Positions 13,261 through 26,025 are shown, counted from the first letter of the stretch. The stretch: 64,000 nucleotides of DNA from Octopus vulgaris (GCA_951406725.2 OX597814.1:41416001-41480000), one strand, 5' to 3'. Made by a program: numbers and translations. Notes: generated from the letters alone by a model not told the origin.

Positions 13261-14401
13261 TAGAGATAGGAAGATGAGTAGATAGATAAATACATATATA
13301 TATACATAATTCAATTTATTTGTTTGATTGATATACACACAGATATACATGGGTGTTAATGTGTGAATGTACGTTTGCATGTGTGTGTGGGTTTGTGTAT
13401 GTGTGTGCGTTGGCGCGCGTGCGTTTACATGGAGAAATTATGATATAGAGCAGCCGTGTCATGTAAACGTTACCGATACGAATTACTTAACTTGCCCCAT
13501 ATGTTTAAACCCAGAACAAGCTGGATTTTCGTCCATAAAAAATAACCCTATAAAGATATGTAGAGTGTCAGATATGAAATCTGCTTTCAGGTAAGGGAAG
13601 CGAAATTACCCCAGAAATTTGAGAAATCATTTATCTTTAAAACCTATCATTGACTCTAACACGCATGCACACTAACACCACGTTCGCTCGTGCATACATA
13701 GACTGCATACATATATATACACATTCATGCGCGCAAACACTCACACACACGAACACAATTACCTTACGCATACATATTACATGCGCATACATATATTCGT
13801 ATATTTGTGCATGTGCGTGCTTATGTGTGCATGGTGCGTGCGTGGTCTGTGTGTGTGTGTATGTGTGTGTGTGTGTGGCTGTATGCGCGTATGTGTAAGC
13901 GCTAGGTAAAAATATCACAAACGAAAATTATTTCAACGATTAAATGACATCTTACACCACAATTAATTCCAGGTAAAGAAGCTAAAATTCATTTTAAAAA
14001 AAAGTCTTCGGGAACAAAAAATCAAATAAACAAATAAAAAATTGGAATCCACATTCTTCTACAACAAGGTGACTAATTTCAAGGTGTGTGTATGTAGCCG
14101 AAATCAATCATGTTAATTATATCAAATATCTTATTTTTCGAACATCGATTAAAATAGGCGGCTGTTAGTACAATCAATTTTCAAATTTGTATTTCGTGAT
14201 ACTAGTTTGAGTTCTGTGATTCTTGTAATCATCTTTCCCTTCCGCCGTCTAGACTTTCTTTTTACGTTAGACTCTATTATACTTGTCTGACGCTGATAGA
14301 TTCGATTCAGCGGAGAACTAGCGTTATCTAGTTATTTCTCTTAGTTTAACTATGGATTCTATTCTGCCTTCCAGCTTTCCATAGATAAGTATAACGAGTA
14401 A

Positions 14402-14402
14402 G

Positions 14403-14485
<83 letters not shown>

Positions 14486-14547
14486 CACATACACCCACAC
14501 ACACAAATACACACACACACCGACAAACAAACACACATACACACACA
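14402..14547. repeat. (CA)n microsatellite
   Basis: Directly visible. Confidence 0.95.
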
Positions 14548-14929
14548 TCGCTCAAGCTGAAACGAGCGAAAGATAGAAGATGCATATGAGTATGTGTGTG
14601 TGTATAATATATATACCGTGGAAAACGAAACTCTTCCAACTATTCTGAATATAAATATTGAAAGGTGTGCACACCTTGCAATGCTTTGTATGCCATAAGA
14701 TCACAGAAATGGAGAACTTAGAAGATATTTTAATATCCATAACGATCATAAATTAACTCAAGTTGTTGGTGCCCTAAGTCAGATATGCAATCTATGTGGG
14801 TGACTTTTCAATACATTACCTGGTTAAAAAGCCACATCAGACGCCATGATGAATCTAAGATGTAGGAACAAGAGGTTGTCAGACTTTACATTAAAAGTAG
14901 TCTAACATCATGTATATAGGAACAATTTA

Positions 14930-15170
14930 TCTTTTTATAAGAAACATTTTATTTAACAGGCTTTATATGGTTATCATTGTTTTGAATACACTTTTCAATA
15001 GGTTTACCCCATTCATTGTGAAATCGTAATAGCACATCTGCCAATACTTGTGCAATTAAGTTGGTGAGGTGTTCCTTCAAATGATTTATGTCTTTTATCT
15101 TTTATCACGTTGCCTTTCAAATGCCACCAAAGATAGAAATCAAGAGGAGTCAAATCAGGGGATGTAGATA
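14930..15170 (-). mobile_element. Tc1/mariner-superfamily transposase C-terminal fragment
   Basis: Minus-strand peptide STSPDLTPLDFYLWWHLKGNV matches the SPDLxPxDFxLWG motif. Confidence 0.8.
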
Positions 15171-15231
15171 ATCTTATAAACTGTTTCTTTTAAAAAGATA
15201 AAATGTTCCTTTTGTATCATCTTCTGTGTCG

Positions 15232-15420
15232 AATATTGGTCCTAAATTTTGGTACAGCACCATCTGTTTCTTAAAAAGGTCAAGTCGATCACATCGACCC
15301 CATTGCTCAACAAACACTTATTTTATAAACCCTGAATGGATGACAGAATTTGAACTCACAATGTAAGGACAGACAAAATGCCATTACGCATTTTAACAGT
15401 TTTACCGGCTCCTCGCCTTA
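15232..15420 (-). mobile_element. Decayed SINE family 1
   Basis: CAAGTCGATCACATCGACCCC...GAATTTGAACTCACAATGTAAGGACAGAC...CTCCTCGCCTT. Confidence 0.8.
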
Positions 15421-15484
15421 TTCTACGTAGAATATTAATTTCCAAAGAAAAATCGTTGGCGTTTCTTTTATTCTAACTTCATTC

Positions 15485-15843
15485 ACTTATTTCGGCCATT
15501 GAACTGCGGTCTCGCTGGAATACATTCTTGAAGAAACCAATCACAGTACCTAACTTTCTATTGTATAGCTTATGCGCACTCTAAAAAAAACATTGACTTT
15601 TATCAAACTTTGTGTGTGTTAGCACAAACATAAGCACAAACACCCACCCACACTGACACACACGCTCTCAAACACACATACACACGCACGTTCACACACA
15701 CCGACACGAATGAGGGTCTTTCATGCACTTTTTTTTCAATCAAATCCGTTGAAATGTCATCGGTCGACCCCGAACCCTAGTAGAAGATATTTGTTCAATG
15801 TGCTGTGCAAAGCCATTTTTTATAACTGTACAACCATGCCTGA
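15485..15843 (-). mobile_element. Decayed SINE family 2
   Basis: GAACTGCGG...GCTGG, an internal (CA)n tract, GGTCGACCCCG...TAGTAGAAGATATTTG...ACAACCATGCCTG; collinear with 60160-60591. Confidence 0.65.
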
Positions 15844-16089
15844 AGTAGAATAGTTTGCTAGAGTCCGTTGCTCTGAATTGCTGGCTAAGTCAAATTTAAC
15901 AGACAATTAAATGAAATTTGCAAGATTATTTAATGGAATTATAGTACAAAATTAACAGATTGGTAATTCAGTGTAATCCTATAAGTTCAAATAGCAAAGG
16001 AGTTCATTCTAAGATGGATGAGTAAGATATGTCTGTGTATGATACTATGCATGCAGTCCTTCACTTCTATCGTTTGTTGATAGCAAATG

Positions 16090-16520
16090 AGTAACCGCTT
16101 TGTGGAAATTGTCCATTCTACATAAAGTGGAAGAGTAGGCGCCCTAGTCCATTTGAACCTAATATAGGGTGAGGTATGCAGCTCAGGTTGTAACAGATGA
16201 AAGTTATTTCATGTATCTGCTTGCAACTTCGTCACATATGTGATCCATCTTCAGATGATAAGAAAACAAGAACCATGACATTCTAATCAGTCCATCCGAC
16301 CAGCAACCCACGATACTGTTGGACGACATAGGCCTGCCTCTCCACCGAAAATTTTTGTTTGGTTTTGTCTCCTGTCACATCTTCCTAGTCACGTACTGCC
16401 CTGCCGATGTTGTAGGTGTGTATTGCGTTATACATTACTACGATGACGTTGCTTGATCATATGGTGGTTTGCTTGAAACGTAAGTTGCCCAGTATATCCT
16501 CAGTATCACTTCCATTCTGT
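16090..16520 (-). mobile_element. Possible very decayed RTE-clade LINE RT C-terminal fragment
   Basis: Weak minus-strand remnants, such as TLCRMDNFHK resembling GHVxRMxxxRxPK and a YLG-like segment. Confidence 0.3.
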
Positions 16521-16659
16521 AGTAATGGATAAAGAGTCAGCACCTAAAGAATAAACAATAAAGGTTAAACAAAAAGTAACAAAATATAAGCACGAAATCA
16601 AGGACAAAATACTTTTCAATGGTGTGCTACTGATTCTACCAAGTCGCCGTTATGATGTA

Positions 16660-17475
16660 CTAGAGTGCAACGAGATAATGAGAAAAAATTGAAAGCGCAA
16701 ATGAAGACGGAGTATTTCCAATGTCTGAGGCTGGAGTTGCGCTCAAAATTTACTGGATGGAATAAAATCCAAGCAGCTAATACGTGGGCGATAGCATCAC
16801 TTCGGTATGGAGCGGAAATATTAAAATAGCAAAAGAGAGAAGGAAGGAGAAATAATACCAAGACCAGAATAATACTGACAACACACAGAGCCTTGCACAC
16901 TAAGAGTGACACCGATAGATTGTACTTGTCCAGGAGAAAGGTTGGGAGAGATTTGATCAGTTGCCAGGCCTGTATCAGAAACAGAAGAAAACGTCTAGGT
17001 TGGTATATAAAAAATGTCGTGGATACTTAGTTGGAAAACATGAAGGAACCTGGTGTCATCAACAGTGAAAATTGTGTAACTAAAGGAAAATTGAAACAAG
17101 AAATGAAGAAAAAAAAGGAAAAGCATGGAAGGAAGAGAAAATGTGCGGTCAGTGTGCAAGAGATGCGAACGCGAGGAAAAATAGAAAGGACCGGTGGCTA
17201 ACGATGAGGAGGAGTGACATGTAGCTAAATCTATTCACTGGTGATTGTATGAAAATAACGGTCTTTAAAAACCACAGAGAATAATGAGTATAGGTTCTTA
17301 TGGGATTTTACAATCCAGTGTGACTTAGGGATTGGTTCTTGTAGCGAAGACAATGTTGCAGTGGAAAAAAAGAGAGAAGGAAACCAAAATCATGGATATT
17401 ATTATACCTTGGGTTGAACAAATGGGTAACAAAGAGCTGAAATATTTAGAAAATATAATTTATTAGCATGGAGTT
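16660..17475 (+). mobile_element. R4/Dong-type LINE 3' fragment (RT thumb to RLE endonuclease), decayed
   Basis: MKTEYFQCLRLELRSKFTGWNKIQAANTWAIASLRYGAEI, DTDRLYLSRRKVGRDLISCQAC, LWDFTIQCD and KIMDIIIP...KELK. Confidence 0.85.
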
Positions 17476-17499
17476 CGTTCCTGATTTATCTATCTAGTT

Positions 17500-17790
17500 A
17501 CACAAATTCATTCGTTGTTCACCAAACAACACTCAAAGCCGTATAACATCACTGAGACAGAGTATGTATTAATTACACTTATCTTGTTCTTTCCATTGAA
17601 TCTATTCTTCATGGTTAAGATGGTTCTTCGGATGTATCCTCATCAAATTCTTTCCTTTATCTCACAATTCTTGATCTTATCAATGCTCGCGTCCACTCTT
17701 AATAAAGGTCTTCAAATAATCCATTTATAATAGGTGATTTAAGTTTTCTCCAATTCTCAAGACGTACACAGATGTTACATATCGTAATAT
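17500..17790 (-). mobile_element. Second R4/Dong-type LINE fragment, opposite orientation
   Basis: Minus strand IKNCEIKERI..GYIRRTILTMKNRFNGKNKISVINTYSVSVMLYG covers the same RT region as the 16660 copy. Confidence 0.7.
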
Positions 17791-17924
17791 CTGCCTAAGA
17801 AATATCATACAAATCAAAAATCTATAGCCCAATATCTAACCAAATTTTTATCCACTTCCTTGAAAGCATTTAATTCTATGCTCAGGCTTTTTTTTTCAAT
17901 GATACCAGTAGTATGGGGAGATTT

Positions 17925-18105
17925 CAGGGAAAAAAAAACAACAAAAGACGAAGACAGCTGGTGTAGAAAACAAAGAGCCGTATTAGTAGAACGCTCGGGA
18001 ATTGAAAATGTATTTAATGTTTGGAGCCTACGCTCTTCCACAGAAAGTAACACAGAAGGAAACAAGGAGAGAAAAATTGTGTGTAGTGGCTAGCAATATA
18101 TCATT
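17925..18105 (-). mobile_element. Short repeat with hammerhead-like core (family B)
   Basis: Inverted homolog of 25780-25960. Core on the minus strand: CTGTGGA-A-GAGC(GTAG)GCTC-CAAACATT. Confidence 0.65.
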
Positions 18106-19241
18106 GCGCATATCAGTAATATATTCGATAATTCTTCTATCTTCATTGTTCACGCCTACATTCTCAACACTCAAACCAGCATTATCATCTAGGACACCGT
18201 CTTTCAATACAACTCCATCAACATCCTCTGTAGCCAGTTCAAGCTCACTCACTGCCTTTTCGATTAAAAACCAAAGTTTTCTATCTTTACTTTCACCAGT
18301 ATCTAATCTAACATTTACATTCGCTGCCACAAACTTTGGAGATTGAATACATATTCTGCTTGCCCATGTTCTCTTCGATAGTGGCTCTGTTCTATAATTG
18401 TGTGTTTCAAAATGTATGTGAATGTGCTCCTGTGCGCGTGCACGCGTGCTTGAATGTGTGGGATTTGTGCTTATAACTCTTGGCTCCTTCATATGTTGAC
18501 TCTGAATTGCGATGATTTAAGTGTCGGGTGGTGGTTCTTCAGTTTATGCTGCTACGTGTATTTTGTTAGGGTATTTAGTTGTCATTATGTACAATAAATG
18601 TTTTGGTCGTGTATGAGGTTTGTTACAATACTGAGTCTTACTTATATAAACGTATAGGTTGTGTTAACTCATTGAGTGACAATCGTACAGGCTGCTGTTT
18701 AGAGATAACAAATTTGTTTAAAAGTATTTACTGACATCAATTGTTACTTGAATAGAGCTGTCTCGTTATATGTGTAACGAACAGTATTCAGTGATAACGA
18801 ACAATATTATGTGATATATACTGTCCTCAAGGTGAAGATATTTTAGTATTTTTATTTTGTCATGTCTGACGACGATGACAAAGAATTATATTTTTCAATA
18901 TCTCCATAAGTGGCGTCGTATCACCTGGCGTGGACGAGTATGACAATTACATGATTTGTTTGTGTAGCTCTGTGATAGTACTACTACCTCGTCGGCACTA
19001 CTGATAGAAATGTTGATAATAGAAGCAAAACTACTAAATGGTATACCACGAATAAGAATTGTAAATATGAAATGTGTAGAAACAAAAGCATGAACACTAA
19101 AGAAGTCTATGTTGTAACTGTTTCTATGGGGACTTTTGATCTGCTAGAAATAGCAATCAAAACTACCACATACCACTTCTATTATCTTATCAATTGTCGA
19201 TGTTAGTCTCATAAAATGTATATTCCGAGATAAAACCATAT

Positions 19242-19452
19242 TTTCTATTCTCAGCACTAGGCCCAAAATTTGGGGGGAGGGTCAATCGATTAGATCGACC
19301 TCAGTGCGCAACTGGTACTTAATTTATCGACCCCCGAAAGGATGAAAGGCAAAGTCGACCTCGGCTGAATTTGAGCTCAGATCATAAAGACAGACGAAAT
19401 TCTGCTATGCATTTCTCCCGGCGTGCTAACGTTTCTGCCAGCTAACCACCTT
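19242..19452 (-). mobile_element. Full-length SINE family 1
   Basis: Same head, core and tail as 3697-3909; imperfect TSD GATAAAACCATAT / GATAAAACAATCT. Confidence 0.92.
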
Positions 19453-19677
19453 AGGGATAAAACAATCTGAATAGATGAAGAAAAGAGTCTGTCTTAGAAC
19501 TCAACTGGTATTTCCAGTAACTGGAACGTTCCGTCAGTTAAGCATCAACATTATTATTTCTAACAAATAGTATCAAAATTAAAACTTTTCTAAAAAAAAT
19601 TGGAAGCATGAAGAAACAACTGGAGCAGTAAAAGCAATATAAAAATATAAAACCAAAAAATGAAGTAAAGCTAAGAT

Positions 19678-19753
19678 CATCATCAACATTACCACCACAA
19701 CAACCACCACCACCACCACTACCATCATCATCATCATCATCATCATCTTCATC

Positions 19754-19785
<32 letters not shown>

Positions 19786-19825
19786 CATCATCGTCATCAT
19801 TATCATCTCCGTCATCATCGTCATG
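19678..19825. repeat. (CAC)n/(CAT)n microsatellite
   Basis: Directly visible. Confidence 0.95.
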
Positions 19826-20838
19826 CCCTGAATATGAAAAATAGATTCGCCAACTTTATCGACCACACACAAGCACGAAAGTTAATAATAGGTGTAATAA
19901 AAAATCGAATTATTTGTCGAGTCCAAAAACTGAAATCATTATATATATATATATAGGTCATTGATTGCAGAATATGATATGATGCTCTTTCCGAGTAACT
20001 TTGCTTGCGATTATATTAAGTTGTGTTCGAATCGTACAACAAATGACAAGGGTGGAAATGATTTTCAGCTACGTAGTGGATTGTCTGTTTAGAGTAAATA
20101 CAAAATTAATCCACTGAATACAAGGTGGAGCGTTAAACCGTATAATGTAGATAACTGAACCAATTCACACCTGTCTAACCGCTATTATCTCTGATTACAC
20201 GAATCTGTGCTGAAAATATAATGTAGAATTGTTTTCAGAAAAGATAATATTCAAAGTTCTGGATCATTACTGATCAACATACGTTCCTGTGAGAGGAATT
20301 TGTGTCTTTATGTGCATCATTACATATCAATTCAGAGTTGTATCTTATGAAAAAATACAAAAGTAAATCCAAAATTTTATGCTGGTAGCATCGCTTTCAA
20401 ACCATCAATTTAATGAGTTCTCCCTGCAAAATTCACGGGTGCATATGTTCTAGGCAATATCAAGTACATTTCACGCATTCTGGACGAATCATACACACAT
20501 AAACATCGTTTTAATCTGATTGAATGTCAAGTGATGCTTTTACCTGCATATAAGAGAGTAGGAAAGAAATATTCAACGTCAGTCACTGAAGAGCTAGTCG
20601 CAAAATATGCTAAAACGTAATGAATGCCTAGAGTAATATTCTTGCACAACACATTTTCGGAACGCAAACTGCACAATGGTAAGCATAGTTCTGTTTAAAT
20701 ATTTCTATCTTTAAATTTTACGCATAAACTCATAGAGAAAGATCATTGAATCCCGAAAACATACTGGTAAATCTTGAAGTCTGCATAGGCAAACGATTCA
20801 TATGTACTTGCATACATAAACAAGCATTTGCACATATT

Positions 20839-20869
<31 letters not shown>

Positions 20870-22052
20870 GAATCAATGTCAAAGAGCATCGCTTTATTAT
20901 CACGAGATTTCCTGTTCTGTCTTATTGCACTGTGCCAACGGGTAAGTTTTCTTTTGATATAGCCTTGATTAATTCCAACGAATTGGATTGAAATCGGTTT
21001 CACCGTAGCTGGTTGGAAAATATTTCTAGTGCTCAGTCTTGAACTGATTCAAATAATTAAGTAGATAATCAAAATTATCAGTAAACCAAATACTGATTGT
21101 CGAATCCAACACGCATGAGATATATCATTTTATATATGTGTACCTCTCACCTAAGGAAAAACACATGAAATTAGAAACAGTTAAATGAAGAGTCTTCAAA
21201 GTACGTGGTTGGTATGAGATTACAATACAGATAAATAGAATATTTAAATTTACTGGAAATGTTTACGAATTTAAATAAAATATCCAACAATTTATCATTC
21301 AATTTAAAATACAAGCAGCATTGATAAAATTCGTACCAACTTCTTTCCTTAATTAAAATTAATTGAATTTTATTATGATCTTGCTAACAATACCTATTTG
21401 AATGGTTAATCTTACTATGCAAAATTCCTCGTAGCGGAACATTTCCTATTCTAATAAACAAAACTATTCGATTCCTCGTACGAGCCTGCTGCTACATTAT
21501 ACACTTTAGAGCCTAATCTTAGGAGGCTAAGATTATATTTTCTAGCACGGCTAATATTAATGTCCGAATAACAGCTCTTATATAAAAACTTGCGAATTTA
21601 TATCTTTCCAAAGCCAAGAACGAGCTCCGTTATATCTAACGATTGATATGCATTACTATACTAAGGCGGTTATAATATTTATTAAACCATTTACTAACAG
21701 ATAAACCAATTATTCCAGAACTGAGGTGAAATGGCATATTTAATGTTAAAAACGATGTAATCAGATGTTTGCACTTGTTCTACCTATCTAATATTTGCCG
21801 CTTTTATACTTTGCCTATAGCCTTGCCAGATAAATTCTGTTTGAGATTAATCTTAATATAAATTGCTTTAAGCATTAAATATTCAACATTATTGTTCCTT
21901 CTATATTGTAAGTCATTCTTTTATATTGAATTTAACATAGCAAATCTGGAACAAATTTTCAAATTGTTATTGATTCTGTTGTTAGAAATATCGTGTGATA
22001 ACTAAAGCTTTATGTTTCGAAATTGTATTTGTTTTTACATAAAAGGATATAC

Positions 22053-22132
22053 CGGTAGCAATTGTAGCGTTTGTGATTGTAGTTCACACCCTCCAGGAAA
22101 TGCTGCAGGCTTATTGCTGTTGGTACTAGCAT
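22053..22132 (-). CDS. Candidate first coding exon of an unidentified gene (MLVPTAISLQHFLEGVNYNHKRYNCY-R)
   Basis: Acceptor TGTTTATTTCAG at 22143, upstream donor GA|GTAAGA at 22268 (126-nt intron), ATG at 22132 and a weak donor CG|GTATAT at 22052. Lies in a TE-free island. No homolog recognised. Confidence 0.3.
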
Positions 22133-23535
22133 TGGGTGGAGACTGAAATAAACATTTATCGACATGGCCGATTTACCTAAGTTTCGAGTGTGTCTCTTGT
22201 AAACCCGTTTATGTTTGTTTGTTGTTTTTTTTCTTTTTTGAAACACTTTCGTTTTTTGGCGCTCTTACTCGCGCCGGGAACCAAATTTGAATTATACTTC
22301 AACTTCATTAAATATAAATGTGGAATTCTTTGCAGTTGCTGACGGAGAATTCATAGCTTTTATTTTCATTATCTTATGAACGCCCAAATTAGGGTATTTT
22401 TTCATTTCTTTTTGTTTTTCGTTTTCTTGACGAGCGTATTAATAATGACTCAATCAGACCTCAACTTCTTTCGTGACTTACTTCTTCCCAATAGCGAAGA
22501 AATATTTCTTCCCTCACACAAATTAGATTAAGATCTTCATTGCTTATTGTACATTTTGTTGATTGAGTATGGACATTCTAGTAAATTAGGCAGCTATTCA
22601 GCATTCGACTTTTGAAAATCCATCTATAGACAGTGCTTGACAATTTGAAGAACATTATACAAATTAGTGAAACTTTCTATTTGCAATGCTAGAAATCGGA
22701 CGCAATGCATAATACTTGTTTGTTTATGTATGGGTGTGTGTGCATGTGCCCGTGCGTGTTTCAGTGTGAATGATTGTATGAGAGAGACCAAGAAAAAGAG
22801 AGAGAGAGAAACAGAGAAAGAGAGCGAGAGAGATGGGTATTATACGAGCAGCTGGCAATGTCATACTATATGGTCCCCGATAATGACTTAAGCACGCTGA
22901 AAAACATTGAGTCGCTACACTCGTCTATTCAGCCAAAGAAGCGCCTAAAATAACCTAAATATATTTCCTACTTAGGTTTCTTTCATTTAACACTGCATTT
23001 CCAATTTCTAATACTTAGAACGTTCGAATAACTTACCTATTATAAAATCATTACCTTTTAATTTCTTCAGATAAATTCTACACCCACTCACTCATATAAC
23101 ATCACACTGACAATTACACATAGATTCATGTTCTTAGTTGCGCGTCAGAATAATTTGAAGTAACCAGATAAATATGAGATTTTTCTTATCATTTACAAGT
23201 TAACTTTTCATAGAATATATACTTTTTTCTATGCACTAGATACAGTCATCAAAGGATGATATAATCAGTCTTAAGTAGAAATGGTTGATTATATATGTAC
23301 CCTCTTCATCCAGCAAGTCGTTCATCTTCTCAAGTCTCTTCAATGTCACCTAATCTTGTAAGAAGTGATATCCGTCTTTTCAAAAATAGAAAATAACTAT
23401 TGTACGTAGAATTCACATATATAGTATATGCCTGTCAGCAGGAAGTTATTAACACAAAATCAATACTGTAGTATTGAATGTGAATATGGTATTAGATATA
23501 AAAATTTCAATAAGCGTTGAAGACTGATATTAATT

Positions 23536-23727
23536 ATACACACACGCACAAACACACATACACATATATATATACACACACACACATATATATATATATA
23601 TATGTATATATATGTATACATACATATGTACATATATATATATATCGAAGTATATATGTATATCTGCATGTATATATATTTATATGTGTGTGTGAGTCTG
23701 TATACACAGGCACATATACGTACACAC

Positions 23728-23799
<72 letters not shown>

Positions 23800-23812
23800 T
23801 TTTATATATATA
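23536..23812. repeat. Compound (CA)n/(TA)n microsatellite
   Basis: Directly visible. Confidence 0.95.
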
Positions 23813-24111
23813 TTTTAATTCTAGTTATAATAAAAGTAATTTTACGTGGATGTAAAGGGTTAGTGTATTCCTTTATAGAATTCAGATCTGTTTTTCTTTT
23901 TCTTTACTGAGAATACTGCTGACAGTGACTTTGAAGATTCTGACAGCTATGACATCATCAGACTATACATGTAGAAGCACACACACATACACACACACAC
24001 ACACACGCACAAACACACACACAAACACACACACACACACACTGAGCATACACGCTTCTATTGACAGATACATGGATATATGTATATATGTATGTATGTA
24101 TATATGTACAT

Positions 24112-25188
24112 ATAGTTAAATTAGAGGAACAATCTAAACCAGGTAGAACGGAAATCTTAAGTCTTTTAGAATGATTTAATTAAGGTCAGGAGAATTTGAA
24201 ATTTTACAGCCGTTTCTGGGAGAACCCAAGGGGTTGGTTAGTATGTCCATGCACAGGATATCCCGTCATCAGAGACAAGTTATGACTATTTCAGACGTGG
24301 AAAATTTACAGTTTACAAGGAATGAATTTCATAGTTTATAATAAATAAAATAGAAGAATAAAGATTAAAAGCAGCCAGAAGAATATAGGCAGGTGAATAA
24401 CATTCACAGCCCAGCTTATTCCAGAGGATATCGATGTTGGTCAGTACTTCCATGAGGGTACAGGATTTTAGTTAAAGTCCCAGTAAATCCAGTTAGTTTT
24501 GACAGTATTCTGAATGATGTATTCAAATTGTAAACGTGTGTTTTTAGCGAGAAAGTACGATGGATATGAATGCGTTTTGTGACTGAGTGTATGAGAAAGA
24601 GAAGAGAAAGAAATAAAGACTGAGAGATAGGAGAAAGCATTAGAAAATAAGACAGTGGGAAAAGGGAACAGTAGGAATGAAATAAAAACATATAGAAATA
24701 CCAATGTAATTAAAAATAATAATAAGAATAATTATAAAATATATGAAAATGTAATGACAGATATATCCTAAATGGATTTTGTGAGTGAGTACGTATGGGA
24801 GAGGGGAGGGAATAAAAATAAAATAATATAGAGGTAACCAAGTAAATAATAATAAGATAAAAATTTTAAAAAATAAAACTAAAGGTAACGATATAGATAT
24901 GTTAAAGTTTCAGTTGACTAGCGGGGGAGGCCAATCTCGGGAAAGTTATAAATATATTTATTCAGCGCAGATGTTCAAAATTGAATTCCAAGCTTCGTAA
25001 CCGTTAAATTATATGATATAAAGGATTAAGAATCAAAATTGAAAATTAAAATTTCAAACCTAACCTTAAAATAACAAACTCAGAGAACTAAAATCGAAAG
25101 AACTATAAAGATTAGAATATATTGAGTTGAGATTAGATAGTTTTTAATATAGTTATGTTGAGAGAGGGGGAGGGGAAAAGAATAGAAT
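24112..25188 (-). mobile_element. About 1-kb non-coding hammerhead-bearing element (family C) between microsatellites; boundaries approximate
   Basis: Hammerhead core at 24201-24277 and a related truncated piece at 6240-6320; flanked by (TA)-rich and (CA)n tracts. Confidence 0.45.
24201..24277 (-). ncRNA. Type I hammerhead ribozyme motif with extended stem II (partly decayed)
   Basis: GUCU-CUGAUGA-C-GGGA...UCCC-A-GAA-ACGGCUGU-A/AAAU. Near-palindromic stem III; stem I is mismatched here but reads AGAC in the 6301-6316 relative. Confidence 0.55.
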
Positions 25189-25239
<51 letters not shown>

Positions 25240-25311
25240 AACATGCATATACATATACATGTATATTATACATATACTTATATACACACATACGTACATA
25301 CAGGCACATTC

Positions 25312-25560
25312 AGGTGCGATCCCATTCAGTCATGAATGACTAGGGGATTGCACTAGAAAGTTACTCTCCGAGGCACAAGTCCGAGCAAGTCAATGCATAC
25401 CAACCTCACCTCTCCACACCACTGATGTTATCGAAGCGAAAGGCAAAGCCCGATACAGCTTGGCACCAGTGATGTGGCAACTCATTTCTACAGCTGAGTT
25501 AACTCGAGCAACGTGAAATATAGTGTTTTGCTCAAGAACACAACACGCACCCCGGTCCGT
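25312..25560 (-). mobile_element. SINE family 3 (CORE-like domain), head missing
   Basis: Minus strand GTTGTGTTCTTGAGCAAAACACTATATTTCACGTTGCTC...CTCAGCTGTAGAAATGAGT (CORE-like), with tail GTGCAATCCCCTAGTCATTCATGACTGAA. Confidence 0.75.
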
Positions 25561-25779
25561 AAAACGTTTTCTTAATTCGTAATTTTAAGTTTAGGTATCA
25601 AATTAAGGGCAAAACAATAATATACTCTCACACATTAATTACATTCAGTAGTGCAATTCCCATACAATGAAAAAACACTTTTGTATTACAAATTAGGTAA
25701 TCAGCCAGCAATATATGGGGTAGATATTATCCCTTAGTCTGTTGGATTCACAACTTCTAACTCTATTGGAATTGGCATG

Positions 25780-25959
25780 AGAGATCGTTAGCTACTACAC
25801 ATATTTTTTCTCTCCTTGTTTTTTTTCTGTGTATTTTTCTGTAGAAGAGCGTAGGCTCGAAATGTAAAATAATTTTTCTATTCCTGAGCGCTATACTAAT
25901 ACATTTGTTTGTCTGTACACCACTTGCCTTCGTCTTTTGTTTATTTTCATAAACTTTCC

Positions 25960-25960
<1 letters not shown>
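25780..25960 (+). mobile_element. Short repeat with hammerhead-like core (family B), abutting (TA)n
   Basis: CTGTAGA-A-GAGC(GTAG)GCTC-GAAATGTA at 25839-25866; homologous to 17925-18105. Confidence 0.65.

Positions 25961-26025
<65 letters not shown>

Noticed and set aside
18028-18492. 154-aa minus-strand ORF
   Set aside because: Its 3' end runs into the family B repeat and its 5' end into TG-rich sequence; no recognisable domain.
20876-20941. ATG...CGG|GTAAGT giving MSKSIALLSRDFLFCLIALCQR (signal-peptide-like)
   Set aside because: Single short match next to a TA tract, no downstream exon found, and antisense to the other gene candidate.
21250-21900. Possible mitochondrial insertion (AT-rich)
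   Set aside because: No recognisable mitochondrial rRNA, tRNA or protein motif.
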